A stretch of DNA of 64,000 bases from Euryarchaeota archaeon UBA130 (GTDB lineage: Archaea; Thermoplasmatota; Poseidoniia; Poseidoniales; Thalassarchaeaceae). Positions 32,686-42,602 of the stretch are shown one piece after another (position 1 is the stretch's first letter; each line of letters opens with the position of its first letter). Under the pieces are notes generated by a model that was given only the letters and a program-made list of their open reading frames with translations, was not told the origin of the DNA and ran no database searches. The DNA is taken from the NCBI GenBank assembly GCA_002505775.1, contig DAVY01000009.1, positions 101,614 to 165,613 on the forward strand, given 5' to 3'. Both the position numbers and the translations under genes were made by a program.

Positions 32686-32882
32686 CCGAATTTAGTTTTT
32701 GGTGTGAATGTCATCAAGGCCCCTGCAACAAAAAGAGCCAATGATAATGCGAAGAATCCGAAACCAGAAAGTCCCGGGCCATATCCTAACCCCTCAAGTC
32801 CCATTTTCCATACTGGACTGTTCACTGGCATGAACAAAATCATCAGTAAAATGCCGATACGTTGCCTTATGAGCACAAACAT
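32682..32882 (-). CDS. small hypothetical membrane protein
   Basis: 66 aa counted from an internal Met of the 108-aa track ORF, with two hydrophobic helices. The longer version would overlap tRNA-Gly(UCC). Weak call. Confidence 0.3.
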   Translation of the reverse strand: MFVLIRQRIGILLMILFMPVNSPVWKMGLEGLGYGPGLSGFGFFALSLALFVAGALMTFTPKTKFG

Positions 32883-32970
32883 CGGAGCACACACTCTCTT
32901 TTGAAGTACTGAGTTCAAACATCTCCGCAACCGAATCGGTTTAGAGATACCATATGCTCGCCCAGCCCGA

Positions 32971-33045
32971 GCGCCTGTAGTGAAGGGGTTATCACAAGAG
33001 GTTTCCAACCTCTTGTCCCGGGTTCAAATCCCGGCGGGCGCACCA
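32971..33045 (+). tRNA. tRNA-Gly (anticodon TCC), CCA encoded
   Basis: Hand-folded: acceptor GCGCCTG/CGGGCGC, D arm GTGA-AGGGGTTA-TCAC, anticodon stem AGAGG/CCTCT with loop TTTCCAA, T arm CCGGG-TTCAAAT-CCCGG, then A and CCA. Confidence 0.9.
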
Positions 33046-33097
33046 CTCGAGACACTCAGAGTGAAGCATTGAAACGCTCCTCTCTCTGCGAGGCATC

Positions 33098-34999
33098 ATG
33101 TCGGATGAGAGCGACTCCAAAACTAAGGAGTCAATGCCTGTAACATCGATAAGTAAGGACAACTCAGACCTCCTCGAAGAAAGGCAAGTTGTAGGACGAA
33201 AAATTTGGAGAATTTTCCCGTATGTGATAAAATACTGGCAGAGGGCACTCGGTGGGTTACTCGCCAACATGGGTGCTAGAGTTTTCGATCTGATTCCATT
33301 CATTGCCATAGGAATGGCCGCTGATTATTACAATCCCGATAATCCCCAATTCACAGATTCTAGGGTAGAGAGGTTCGTCACTATAGAATCAATACCTGAT
33401 CTTGGCCCAATAAGCTCAACAGAGCTTGGCTTTGGACTGCTAATATTTGCATCATTTGTAATTCTAGCAATATTCCAGGGATTTAGCAACCAACTCTGGC
33501 AATCTATAGCATACAAGGCCCAACATGACATTAGGATGGATGCCACGAGGTCCCTACTGAACATGGAAGCATCCTATTTCGAAACCCGTCAAACTGGAAA
33601 TCTAATGTCTGTCTTATCCGCAGACGTAGCGCAACTCGAGGATATAATTTCGGATTCCAGCACTAGTATAATCAGGATTTTCACAACTCTGTGCACGGCA
33701 TTTGTAATCCTTTATTGGATGTCTCCATTGCTATGCATGATTCTTTTTGGCCCACTGATTATGATAGTGCCAATGGTCATTTGGTTCTCAACCAGAGTAC
33801 AAAGAAAATATCGTAAACAAAGGGAAAGTACTGGTGGGATAATCGCCATCCTTGAGAACGTCCTATCTGGAATAACCATCGTTCAAGCATACAACGCGAC
33901 CGGATTCGAGAGGGACAGGGTCGAGAACCAGAGCGGTAATTACAGGGATCAGGCAGTACAGGCAGCGTTCATCAGGAATAGATTCATTCCAGGTTTCCAC
34001 ATTGTAGCAGGAATCTCATTCGGCCTTCTAGTCTCCGCAGGAGGATGGCTAATGAATTCGGGCGAGATTAGTGTAGGGCAATTTGTGACATTCCTCCTAA
34101 TATCAACAAGAATGACCATGCCATTGTGGATTTTGGGGATGCTTTTGAACCAGCTCCAGAAGGGAGAAGCCGCATCTAGAAGGGTTTTTGCAGTCATCGA
34201 TTTGGAGCCTTCCATTTTTGATAGAGAAGGATCAATCCCCTTGCAGGAACCAATCAGCAGCGTCTCATTTCAAGATGTCTCGTTTGCATACCCATCCTCG
34301 AGTTCAAATGTTCTCAACGGAATTAATCTGAGCGCCTCATCAGGACAATTTCTAGGAGTGATGGGACACACGGGAGCTGGAAAAAGTACGATCCTCAAAC
34401 TAATAGAGAGATTCTATGAGCCACAAACAGGAGAAGTATTGATCAATGGCAGGGACATCAACGAATTCTCCATTGAATCAGTTAGATCAAGAATCGGCTT
34501 TGTATCACAGGAGCCATTCCTGTTTTATGGGACGATTAGAGACAATGTCGCCTATGCTAGGGATGCTGAAGAGAGCGAGATTCTAAATGCCTTGGAGCTG
34601 GCAGGTGCATCGGAATTCATATCTCAACTATCAAACGGCCTAGATACAATGGTAGGCGATAGAGGGGTAATGCTGTCTGGAGGTCAGAGGGCAAGGATCA
34701 GCCTGGCGAGAGCACTGTTGAAGGACCCAGATCTATTGATCCTAGATGAGGCCAGTGCGGCTCTCGATGCCGAAACAGAGAAGCGAATCCAGCAATCGCT
34801 ATTCGATGGCTCTAGCGGCACAAAGAAGAGGATTACAATCGCAGTTGCCCATAGGCTTGCTACAATAAGGAATGCTGACGAAATAATCGCTATGGTCGAT
34901 GGAGCTATAGTTGAAAGAGGCAAGCACGAGGAATTGCTGTCTAATGATAATGTATATGCATCTCAGTGGTCTATACAGACTGGGGAACTAGACTCATAG
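33098..34999 (+). CDS. ABC exporter, fused permease and ATPase (MsbA/multidrug type)
   Basis: 633 aa. Six-TM N-terminal half. Walker A GHTGAGKST, signature LSGGQRARISLARAL, Walker B LILDEASAALD, and AHRLATI. Confidence 0.88.
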   Translation: MSDESDSKTKESMPVTSISKDNSDLLEERQVVGRKIWRIFPYVIKYWQRALGGLLANMGARVFDLIPFIAIGMAADYYNPDNPQFTDSRVERFVTIESIPDLGPISSTELGFGLLIFASFVILAIFQGFSNQLWQSIAYKAQHDIRMDATRSLLNMEASYFETRQTGNLMSVLSADVAQLEDIISDSSTSIIRIFTTLCTAFVILYWMSPLLCMILFGPLIMIVPMVIWFSTRVQRKYRKQRESTGGIIAILENVLSGITIVQAYNATGFERDRVENQSGNYRDQAVQAAFIRNRFIPGFHIVAGISFGLLVSAGGWLMNSGEISVGQFVTFLLISTRMTMPLWILGMLLNQLQKGEAASRRVFAVIDLEPSIFDREGSIPLQEPISSVSFQDVSFAYPSSSSNVLNGINLSASSGQFLGVMGHTGAGKSTILKLIERFYEPQTGEVLINGRDINEFSIESVRSRIGFVSQEPFLFYGTIRDNVAYARDAEESEILNALELAGASEFISQLSNGLDTMVGDRGVMLSGGQRARISLARALLKDPDLLILDEASAALDAETEKRIQQSLFDGSSGTKKRITIAVAHRLATIRNADEIIAMVDGAIVERGKHEELLSNDNVYASQWSIQTGELDS

Positions 35000-35709
35000 G
35001 TGAGCGATTGGAAAGCATAGATTGGGTGGTTGTAGAGCCCGGCTCAACATACATAGGATCCAGTAATCGTGCAGTCATGTTTGGAGCGCCAGGCCCTAGG
35101 CATGAAGTATCTATACAATACAGATATGAGATATCCGATAGTGCGGTCAAACTCTCCGAAGTTGTGACTTCCGTAGAGTCTGGAGAGGTGGACATATCTT
35201 CAGAGTCAGAGTGGCAGCTAGCATTTGATAGAGGTCTAATCAGTGAGGGACTGGGGATCGAAGTCCTCCAAGATCGTCTGGCATCGTCATACTGGGGGAA
35301 GATATGCGATGGAAGACCATTTCATCAGAGGAACTCAAGCCTGATGGTCTGCAGGGAGTGGAGAGGCAGAGAGGCCATTCCAAGATACCTCCCTGCGAAC
35401 TCTGAGACTGAACATATGGTGAGAGTTGTAAGAAGAGAAACTAGGGAGCCAAACCCTATGGCCCCGAGATTACCTATTCGACCTCCAAGAACCGCTGTAA
35501 TGAGGGAAGAGGCGTTGATTATTCTCATTCTGGGAATAATCCCCTCATTTTTGTGGGCCCTGTTCAATGCTAGTCCAGGCTATATTGAGACGGGCTGGCC
35601 TGGCCTGGTCCTCGGGGGGTTAATTCTAGGACTATTGTCTGGTATAATATGGAGGCCGACCCAGCCAACATGGTGGTCTGAAGGATCACAAATGTACCCA
35701 AGGAGATAG
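34966..35709 (+). CDS. hypothetical membrane protein (possibly a degenerate FGE/SUMF1-like N-terminal domain)
   Basis: 247 aa. GSTYIGSS...GPRHEVSIQYRYEIS vaguely resembles the FGE-sulfatase pattern. Two C-terminal TM helices. The start is uncertain because it overlaps the ABC gene by 34 nt. Confidence 0.4.
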   Translation: MVYTDWGTRLIGERLESIDWVVVEPGSTYIGSSNRAVMFGAPGPRHEVSIQYRYEISDSAVKLSEVVTSVESGEVDISSESEWQLAFDRGLISEGLGIEVLQDRLASSYWGKICDGRPFHQRNSSLMVCREWRGREAIPRYLPANSETEHMVRVVRRETREPNPMAPRLPIRPPRTAVMREEALIILILGIIPSFLWALFNASPGYIETGWPGLVLGGLILGLLSGIIWRPTQPTWWSEGSQMYPRR

Positions 35710-35714
35710 AGGGC

Positions 35715-35942
35715 GTGAATGAAGCAAACTCCAGACTTATCTGGTCATATATACAAGAAGCCGGAGGTATGTTGGTTGGGAAGCTGCCTCCTTCCAAACA
35801 CCATCCAAGTGGTAGAAATCCATACGCACACGTAGCTATTTGTGTGAAGAAAAAGTTTGGAAAGTCATACAAGGAAATCCCAGATGAAATGTTTCATGAT
35901 GTGATTGAATACATCAATTTTCTAGTGGAAAACCCGTCATAG
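35715..35942 (+). CDS. small hypothetical protein
   Basis: 75 aa. Starts 6 nt after the upstream gene. No family recognised. Confidence 0.4.
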   Translation: MNEANSRLIWSYIQEAGGMLVGKLPPSKHHPSGRNPYAHVAICVKKKFGKSYKEIPDEMFHDVIEYINFLVENPS

Positions 35943-35945
35943 AAC

Positions 35946-37046
35946 CTATCTGGACCTGTCGTCTATTTGTAATCCAGATTTTCCGAAAAGCCTTCTCCAC
36001 CTGCCACGTAGGACTCCCATTCCGTAATTCCAATGAAGAGTGAAAGTTACAATCGGAGATAGGAAAATTGTAACTGTGTCTTTATTCGGAGAGCCTCCCT
36101 TAGCTGAACCATACCATGCAATGATATTGTACATGATTATCAGAGTTGGAAGAGTGTGTGCACCAGCTCTCGGAAGTCCGAGAGGAACTGCAGACAACCC
36201 AATATCCCAAAATTCTGGCCATGCTATTCCCCCATTAGCTACCCCCCATATGAAGAAAACAAGAGTAGAAAGTACGATTGGAGGGAAAAGAGCGACCATT
36301 GTATGGGTGAAATGATGCAGTTCACTGTACCTCTCACTTGCCAAAGTCCTGACCAATCCGTAGTTTGCGATCTGCTTCCTTACCCTCGACAGATTCCTAC
36401 GCCTATGCCAAATCACAGACTTTCTGTCCGTCCATAATTTATGGCCAGAAATCCTTATTCTGTGATCTAGAAGCACATCCTCAGCTCCAATGGCGCCGTC
36501 ATCGAATCCTCCTACCTCGTCCAGTACCGACCTTCTGTATGCAGAGTTAACTCCTGGAAGCTGGGTTACTTCTTCCAACTCCTCGGATCCCACTTTTCCG
36601 TAGTTTGTACCGACAGTGAAAATTGCGCTACAGAAAGTAACGTCAATCACTCTTTGCCACAGGGTGGACTCATCAGGAGGGGCAAAATTGGGTCCGCCAA
36701 CTCCGGCAACCTCATCTCTATCGAACCACCTCACTAGATTCTCTACCCAATCCTTGGGAACGATAACATCATCATCTGTAAAGAACACTAGTTCTGACTC
36801 GGTCTCCCTCAACGCTACGTTACAGGCATCAGCTCTTGTCGAAGACCCCTCATCATCGATGTACCTAACCCCTCTAGACTCTGAAACTATCCTGCCCTCA
36901 TCCCTTTCTGGGCCCACCACAACGACATCAACCTCGGGGTATGTTTGAGATAGGAGCCCATCCAATGCGATACCCAACTCAGCATGGTTTCCAACGGAGG
37001 GTACAATGACGCATACCGAGCGAGCCATACTTCGCGGTAGGACCAT
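35946..37046 (-). CDS. family 2 glycosyltransferase with C-terminal membrane domain
   Basis: 366 aa. CVIVPSVGN...LDGLLSQTYPEVDVVVVG, the DxD-like FFTDDD, and several C-terminal TM helices. Confidence 0.8.
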   Translation of the reverse strand: MVLPRSMARSVCVIVPSVGNHAELGIALDGLLSQTYPEVDVVVVGPERDEGRIVSESRGVRYIDDEGSSTRADACNVALRETESELVFFTDDDVIVPKDWVENLVRWFDRDEVAGVGGPNFAPPDESTLWQRVIDVTFCSAIFTVGTNYGKVGSEELEEVTQLPGVNSAYRRSVLDEVGGFDDGAIGAEDVLLDHRIRISGHKLWTDRKSVIWHRRRNLSRVRKQIANYGLVRTLASERYSELHHFTHTMVALFPPIVLSTLVFFIWGVANGGIAWPEFWDIGLSAVPLGLPRAGAHTLPTLIIMYNIIAWYGSAKGGSPNKDTVTIFLSPIVTFTLHWNYGMGVLRGRWRRLFGKSGLQIDDRSR

Positions 37047-37070
37047 GTTTATTCAAAACAACGCTGTAAA

Positions 37071-37820
37071 TCATGGGTCGTTAGTCACTCTTGGAGCCAA
37101 GAAGTATGTCCAACTGGCACCCCCATCGTTACTGTTCCATGACATTCTGAGCGGGAACTTCTCCTGAAATTCTACTACTACCTGTTCAGTAAGGCCCCCG
37201 GCAAGCTTCCTTGTCAAGGGGTCTAGGAACTGGAGAGAATATGTGGAGCTGGTTGGAGATGGTGAGCTCAACTCACTAAGCTCACCAGATTCGAAAGATA
37301 CAGTCACGCTCTCTCCAGCCTCCTGATCAGCAGAGATCGTCATTTTCGTACTGTCAAGACTCAGGTTTACAAGCTCATTGACCATTTTTGCCGCCCTCAA
37401 TGCCCTGGAAAGCTTGTCCGAGCCGATAGTGGCGCTGTTATTGAATGTCAACTCAGGGGTTTTGGGTTGTGTCATAGTTCCAACGTCAAGTCCCCTAAGG
37501 ATTCTGTGAACCTCCCCGACCCTTACGTTAATTGCACCTACTGCATCATCGTAGTCTATCTCTACCAAATCCTCAGGTCCAGCTAGACTCAAGAGGTCCC
37601 TCATCTTACTGAGCTCAATACCTATCTCAACAGGCTCTACCTCATAGGTCTCGAAGCACTCATCACCAATGGTAGCGGAGAGCAATGCCACGTGAGATCC
37701 GTCAACCACAATGGTATGCAACCCCTTCTCCCCCCAGACTAGTTTAGCTTCCTCTGCCAAGACGGAAAGGAGATCAATAATTTCCCTCATTAGTTGGGTA
37801 TTTGCAGTCACTCTCAGCAT
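37071..37820 (-). CDS. pcn: DNA polymerase sliding clamp PCNA
   Basis: About 250 aa from M19 of the track ORF. N-terminus MLRVTANTQLMREIIDLLSVLAEEAKL and C-terminus TYFLAPRV fit the archaeal PCNA pattern. Confidence 0.8.
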   Translation of the reverse strand: MLRVTANTQLMREIIDLLSVLAEEAKLVWGEKGLHTIVVDGSHVALLSATIGDECFETYEVEPVEIGIELSKMRDLLSLAGPEDLVEIDYDDAVGAINVRVGEVHRILRGLDVGTMTQPKTPELTFNNSATIGSDKLSRALRAAKMVNELVNLSLDSTKMTISADQEAGESVTVSFESGELSELSSPSPTSSTYSLQFLDPLTRKLAGGLTEQVVVEFQEKFPLRMSWNSNDGGASWTYFLAPRVTNDP

Positions 37821-37882
37821 CTTATCGCTCCCCTCAGACAGTAGGGGGTCTTTCATCCTTCGGAGACGGCCCATAGGGCCGA

Positions 37883-38263
37883 TTACTGGTATTCCCTGAA
37901 CTTCTTACCACAGTTTTTGCACGTGCAGACTTTTGTTTCAGGCTCATCAGAGCTTCTGGTTTGCATCAAAATAACGTAAATCTCATTTTTGTCACACTTA
38001 GGGCACCTTATGTCTCCGACCCTTAGGACCCCTTTGCCCCCCTCATCCTCGACAACCTCAGTGAGGTGCTTGAGATCCTTCGTCTGTCCAGAGGACCTAG
38101 CCTTGCTCAAATCGATAGTTTCGCCCGTCATTGGGTCGGTGAACTCTGCTCCCTTGCCATCTTTCCCTGTCAGCGGACCTTCATACCCACATGTATAGTT
38201 CGTACATCTAATATTCCCATTCGGCTCCATAAAACCCAGAGTTCCACATTCCGGACAAAACAT
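37883..38263 (-). CDS. tfs: transcription factor S (TFS) / RpoM-like zinc-ribbon protein
   Basis: 126 aa. N-terminal ribbon CPECG...CTNYTC. C-terminal TFIIS-type ribbon CPKCDKNEIYVILMQTRSSDEPETKVCTCKNCGKKF. Confidence 0.85.
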   Translation of the reverse strand: MFCPECGTLGFMEPNGNIRCTNYTCGYEGPLTGKDGKGAEFTDPMTGETIDLSKARSSGQTKDLKHLTEVVEDEGGKGVLRVGDIRCPKCDKNEIYVILMQTRSSDEPETKVCTCKNCGKKFREYQ

Positions 38264-38351
38264 CGCTCCATCTCCTGCCTTAACACACAGACATACCAGT
38301 GCTGAACCAACTGACTATTCAACTATTCTACGATAAGGACGCGAAAAACGT

Positions 38352-38813
38352 CTATGACAGTATTTCCATTGTTGCACGATATCCAACCATTGCCAATCCA
38401 ATGCTGCCAATTATCGTCACTAGTAAATACACAATCGCAGAAGTTATCGAGCTATCTGAGACCTCGACGTAATCCATGGCGAATGCCGACATCGTGGTGA
38501 ATGATCCAAGGACCCCGGTCGCCAAAATCGCGATTACGCCCTCGCTCACGGTCATTCCAGCAGACATAGCCCCGAACATCATCCCCAAAAGAAGTGAGCC
38601 CAACAGATTGACAGTTATCGTCGCATAAGGTCCCGAATGAGTATCAAAGGAGCTTTGCACAACATACCTTAGCGATGCTCCGATAGCTCCTCCGAGGGCG
38701 ACAAGGGCCAAGAGACGCACATCCACGAGGCGACATTGTGCTACGGCCTTTGACTCCTTCTGTGGCGAAATCCTTCTTCCGGACCGTTGAAGGGTGAGGA
38801 CCCGATGCGACAT
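38352..38813 (-). CDS. crcB: fluoride channel CrcB/FluC
   Basis: LGGAIGASLRY and TGVLGSFTTMSAF. The ~30-aa N-terminal extension is doubtful, and a GTG at 38726 (VDVRLLALVALGG) is a plausible true start. Confidence 0.8.
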   Translation of the reverse strand: MSHRVLTLQRSGRRISPQKESKAVAQCRLVDVRLLALVALGGAIGASLRYVVQSSFDTHSGPYATITVNLLGSLLLGMMFGAMSAGMTVSEGVIAILATGVLGSFTTMSAFAMDYVEVSDSSITSAIVYLLVTIIGSIGLAMVGYRATMEILS

Positions 38814-38815
38814 AC

Positions 38816-39820
38816 ATGGAGATTAGGTATGACTGGAAACTTTCCAGGGTAGTGGATGGGGATGAAAATGTCCTCGACCAACTAGAATGGGCATCTTCTC
38901 ACTCTGTAAATTCGTTGGTTGACAGGCTATCAGACCTTCAATCAGGGAGACTTACCCCCGAAGCTAGAATACTCAGAGATAGATTCCCTGATGCGGTCCC
39001 AAACCCTCTCGGGGCCATTTCAGATGTAAAATGGCCTGAGTTGTCCGGAGAAGAATCTGAAATGCTTTCCAATGCCTCATTAATCCTCGCCAAGAGGGGG
39101 GTGGCGAATGCAGTAACAGAGCCAGATAGGAGACTGGATATGCTTTCATCCGCGTCAACTGAACTGAGGTCGTCATGGACAACTCAAGAGTCAAGAGCAG
39201 TGGAATGGGCTGGGTTGTTCTTACCTGACCTCGACTTAGATGGAAAGAGAGCGGAAATTCCGTCATGCATTGCCGAGTCAGATAACATATCTCAAGCCGC
39301 AGTCGAACTAGGGGCTTCTATTCCCGAGCACATGCCCACTGATTCTGAGTGGGTTGCGATGAACTCGCAAGCCAGAGGGGTAATCTCCCTTTCTGAAAGG
39401 TTGGCGTTGAACGAGCAGGCTACTAGGGAGCTCGCGACTTCCCACGTGCCCACTCTATCTTCCCTGATAGGGCCTCTTGGAGCCGCTAGGATGGTAGTTC
39501 TTGCAGGAGGCAGAGAGAGACTGGCTAGGATGCCTAGTGGAAGCCTTCAGGTTCTTGGGGCATCGGGGGCGATGGCGGCACACAGGAGGGGAGCGCCTCC
39601 CCCCAAGCACTCCCCAGTCTTGTTTTCCATGCCCCTAGTCAGTAGATCTCCTCGTTGGGTACGGGGAAAAATTGCTCGTTTCCTAGCTGGAAAGTGCTCT
39701 ATTGCAGTCAGAATTGATCACTTCGGTGGTCAATCTTGGGATGAGGAGCAAGTCAGGATGATTCATGCCCAAGCAGAGAAAATAAGGGACAAATTCCCTA
39801 AGCCCAAGAAGAGGGGTTAG
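38816..39820 (+). CDS. nop5: C/D box sRNP protein Nop5 (Nop56/58)
   Basis: 334 aa. NOP domain LIGPLGAARMVVLAGGRERLARMPSGSLQVLGA...KIARFLAGKCSIAVRID. Lies directly upstream of fibrillarin, as in the conserved archaeal operon. Confidence 0.85.
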   Translation: MEIRYDWKLSRVVDGDENVLDQLEWASSHSVNSLVDRLSDLQSGRLTPEARILRDRFPDAVPNPLGAISDVKWPELSGEESEMLSNASLILAKRGVANAVTEPDRRLDMLSSASTELRSSWTTQESRAVEWAGLFLPDLDLDGKRAEIPSCIAESDNISQAAVELGASIPEHMPTDSEWVAMNSQARGVISLSERLALNEQATRELATSHVPTLSSLIGPLGAARMVVLAGGRERLARMPSGSLQVLGASGAMAAHRRGAPPPKHSPVLFSMPLVSRSPRWVRGKIARFLAGKCSIAVRIDHFGGQSWDEEQVRMIHAQAEKIRDKFPKPKKRG

Positions 39821-39823
39821 CTG

Positions 39824-40525
39824 ATGCCTAGGAAACCCGTGTCTTTGGGATGGGGGGTGAGAAGAGAGGGAAGGACATTGTGGTCAAGAAATTCGACTAG
39901 AGGAAAGTCTGTCGGGGGCGAGAGAAGGAAGAGGGACGGAAAGATCGAGTGGAGACGATGGGACCCCTTTAGATCAAAGGTAGCGGCCGCACTCCTGATG
40001 ACATCCCAAAAAGCATCGGAATTACTCCCTGGTCCAGGTGACACCTGTTTGTATCTAGGCGCATCATCCGGAACTACTGTTAGCCACATCCACGATATGG
40101 TTTGCGGGTCAAATAATCACCACAATGGACAGATTATCGCGGTGGAAATATCCCCTAGAATGATGAGGGACCTGAGCTCTCTTGCGGAAGACAGGTCGGG
40201 CCTGATTCCAATCCTGAACGATGCTAGGGAAACTCAAAGCTATGCGCCCGTTATGAGGGAGAAAGCACATTGGATTCATCAGGATTTGTCTATAGCGGAT
40301 CAAGCAGAGAACTTCATCTCTATCGCTACGAGTACACTCAAAAATGGAGGAATCGGATTATTAAGCCTGAAAGCCGCAAGCGAGAGACAATTCGAGGGTG
40401 ATGACCAAAGTAGGTTCTCGAGGGCTGAAAAACTGATTGAAGAATCCGAATTGGAGCTGATTGAGAAGATAGATATCAGCCAATACCAGGAACAGCACAT
40501 GGTTTTCTTCGTCAGGCTACTATAA
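39824..40525 (+). CDS. flpA: fibrillarin-like rRNA/tRNA 2'-O-methyltransferase
   Basis: 233 aa. WRRWDPFRSKVAAALL and the SAM site CLYLGASSGTTVSHIHDMV. Confidence 0.9.
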   Translation: MPRKPVSLGWGVRREGRTLWSRNSTRGKSVGGERRKRDGKIEWRRWDPFRSKVAAALLMTSQKASELLPGPGDTCLYLGASSGTTVSHIHDMVCGSNNHHNGQIIAVEISPRMMRDLSSLAEDRSGLIPILNDARETQSYAPVMREKAHWIHQDLSIADQAENFISIATSTLKNGGIGLLSLKAASERQFEGDDQSRFSRAEKLIEESELELIEKIDISQYQEQHMVFFVRLL

Positions 40526-40939
40526 GCCGGCAGATCCAATCAAGCCGAACCCTGCAACCAAGAGGCCATACAGTCCGATTGAAAGATAGTTCATGATAAG
40601 GCCCGCAATTGCCATTCCTTTGTTCAAGCCATTTAATTCAGAGGCTTTCCTCAGTCCCAAGTGGCCGAGTATCACCCCTCCAATGGTACTGAATGGCGCA
40701 ATACAGCCCGTGAAACACAAAAATGGGGATGAAATGTGTGAGAACCAAGTCAAGAGCCCCATAACCATACTCCATGTGGCCTCGTCATTGCTAGGCTGCA
40801 TCATCATCATCGGTTGGACATAGGGCCCGCTCTGACCCTGCTCTCCACTACCTCCCTGGCTCGGGGTTCCTGTCAAGACGCCCTGGGTGCCGGAATTCTC
40901 AGAGTCCCCCCACCATTCTCCCTCCTTGCCTTCTTCCAT
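40520..40939 (-). CDS. hypothetical membrane protein (DUF4190-like)
   Basis: 139 aa. Gly/Gln/Ser-rich N-terminus, then two TM helices with GVILGHLGLRKA...GMAIAGLIMNY. Confidence 0.5.
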   Translation of the reverse strand: MEEGKEGEWWGDSENSGTQGVLTGTPSQGGSGEQGQSGPYVQPMMMMQPSNDEATWSMVMGLLTWFSHISSPFLCFTGCIAPFSTIGGVILGHLGLRKASELNGLNKGMAIAGLIMNYLSIGLYGLLVAGFGLIGSAGL

Positions 40940-41030
40940 ACACGTTCCACCGGGATAACCGATATGAGCTTTCTTGAACTACTGAATTCATGACAGATAC
41001 TATCTTTGAGTTCCTTGCATACCATGGGTC

Positions 41031-41924
41031 ATGCCCGAGCTACCAGAGGTAGAGACCGTGAGAAGGGGCCTGACTCAGCATTTAGTCGGAAGGAGGGTGG
41101 TCGACCTTCAGTTGAGAAGAGGTGATCTAAGGTTCCCCTTCCCTGATGATTTCAAGGAACTAATTGAGGGTTCAGAAATTACCTCAATAGACAGAAGAGC
41201 GAAGTATCTATTGATTAGAATGAATAACGGTATAACATGGCTTAGTCACTTGGGAATGAGTGGTAGATGGACCTTGATAGGAGAGGGAAAGAAAGGCAGT
41301 CCCGGAAGGTTTTCTCATGGGGCTGTGATTGGGTCCGGAGACGGGCCACATGACTGGGTTGTGGCACATCTTGATGATGGTGGGAAGGCGGTGTACTCCG
41401 ATCACAGGAGATTTGGAATAATGGACTGCTTCCCAACCGAGTATCAGCTAGAAAACAGATTCATCTCGAATCTCGGTCCCGAGCCAACACCAGATAGCCT
41501 CTCGCCGATGGAATTGGCAGAATCGCTCAGAGGCAGAAGAACTCCAATCAAGTCCGCCCTACTAGATCAGAGGGTGGTCGCGGGTCTCGGAAATATCTAC
41601 GTATGTGAGATTCTACACAGATCGGGAGTCTCTCCTCGTCGTACAGCATCCAATGTGGCCGGTAAATCTGGAGTCTCCAAAAGAATCGAGAGGATAACTT
41701 ACAACACACACGCTGTTATCACTGAGGCGATAGATGCAGGGGGATCCACTCTCCAAGACTTCAGAGGTGTTGATGGAGATGACTCCCTAGGATACTTCCC
41801 ACATCATTTTGGCGTATATGGAAGGGAGGGCGAGGAATGCACCAAATCTGGTTGTGAAGGAAAGGTAAGGAGGATCGTCCAATCTAACCGCTCCACATTC
41901 TACTGTCCAAAATGTCAAAACTGA
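41031..41924 (+). CDS. fpg: formamidopyrimidine-DNA glycosylase (Fpg/Nei family)
   Basis: 297 aa. Catalytic N-terminus MPELPEVETVRRGL, H2TH region LLDQRVVAGLGNIYVCEILH, and C-terminal zinc finger C..SGC...FYCPKCQ. Confidence 0.9.
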   Translation: MPELPEVETVRRGLTQHLVGRRVVDLQLRRGDLRFPFPDDFKELIEGSEITSIDRRAKYLLIRMNNGITWLSHLGMSGRWTLIGEGKKGSPGRFSHGAVIGSGDGPHDWVVAHLDDGGKAVYSDHRRFGIMDCFPTEYQLENRFISNLGPEPTPDSLSPMELAESLRGRRTPIKSALLDQRVVAGLGNIYVCEILHRSGVSPRRTASNVAGKSGVSKRIERITYNTHAVITEAIDAGGSTLQDFRGVDGDDSLGYFPHHFGVYGREGEECTKSGCEGKVRRIVQSNRSTFYCPKCQN

Positions 41925-41961
41925 GGCTATATTTATCTCCCTCTCGCACGGGTCAAGATTC

Positions 41962-42597
41962 ATGAGTAACACTAGCTTGAACTCAAAATTGGCGGCAGAA
42001 TTCATCGGAACTTTCTTTTTAGCTTTGACAATATGTACAGCGGCAGTACACGGTTCTGCCGGGGAATACGCCCCCTTTGCAATCGCGGCCACATTAATGG
42101 TAATGATTTATGCTGTAGGCTATATTTCCGGTGCTCATTTCAATCCAGCAGTAACTGTTGCAGTTTGGATTAGGGGCGCCTGTGACAAGAATGATGTCGC
42201 TCCATACATTGGAACTCAGCTACTGGCGGGGGCACTCGCCGCCTTCGTGTCCCAGGAACTCCTTTTTTCAGAGACATCCGTAGCTTCAATTCAAATGGAT
42301 ACAACCAATGCCATTTCAGCAGAATTCCTCTATACCTTTGCTCTTGTCTACGTAATTCTGAATGTCGCCACCGCCGAGGCAACAGAGGGCAATTCATACT
42401 ACGGGGCCGCGATTGCATTCGTGGTTCTTGCAGGCGCATTGACGGTTGGAGAAATTTCTGGGGGGTCATTCAATCCAGCAGTAACAGGCGCATTGTATGT
42501 ATCCGGTGTGCTAGAGCTTTCCGACCTGTGGATACATTTAGTCCCACAATTCTTAGCAGGACTTGTCGCAGTTCAAGCTTTCAAAGTATTCCAGTAG
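41962..42597 (+). CDS. MIP-family channel (aquaporin-like)
   Basis: 211 aa. Two NPA boxes (HFNPAVT and SFNPAVT) and six hydrophobic segments. Confidence 0.85.
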   Translation: MSNTSLNSKLAAEFIGTFFLALTICTAAVHGSAGEYAPFAIAATLMVMIYAVGYISGAHFNPAVTVAVWIRGACDKNDVAPYIGTQLLAGALAAFVSQELLFSETSVASIQMDTTNAISAEFLYTFALVYVILNVATAEATEGNSYYGAAIAFVVLAGALTVGEISGGSFNPAVTGALYVSGVLELSDLWIHLVPQFLAGLVAVQAFKVFQ

Positions 42598-42602
42598 TCT
42601 AA

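Noticed and set aside
32883-33008. The N-terminal 42 codons of the 108-aa minus-strand ORF.
   Set aside because: This part would run through tRNA-Gly(UCC) on the opposite strand and has no membrane-protein character. Only the distal 66-aa part is retained, at low confidence.
6711-33045. tRNA-Gly genes as integration sites (att-type partial tRNA duplications, integrase genes nearby).
   Set aside because: I saw no integrase or recombinase ORF and no duplicated tRNA 3' segment next to either tRNA. An exhaustive repeat search is not possible by eye.
38727-38815. Looked for a fluoride riboswitch (crcB motif) upstream of crcB, in the doubtful N-terminal extension and the 2-nt gap to nop5.
   Set aside because: The minus-strand sequence lacks the conserved GGCGAUG...CCGCC...CUGAUG elements I remember from the crcB motif. 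More likely the crcB start is simply over-extended, with GTG 38726 as the plausible start.
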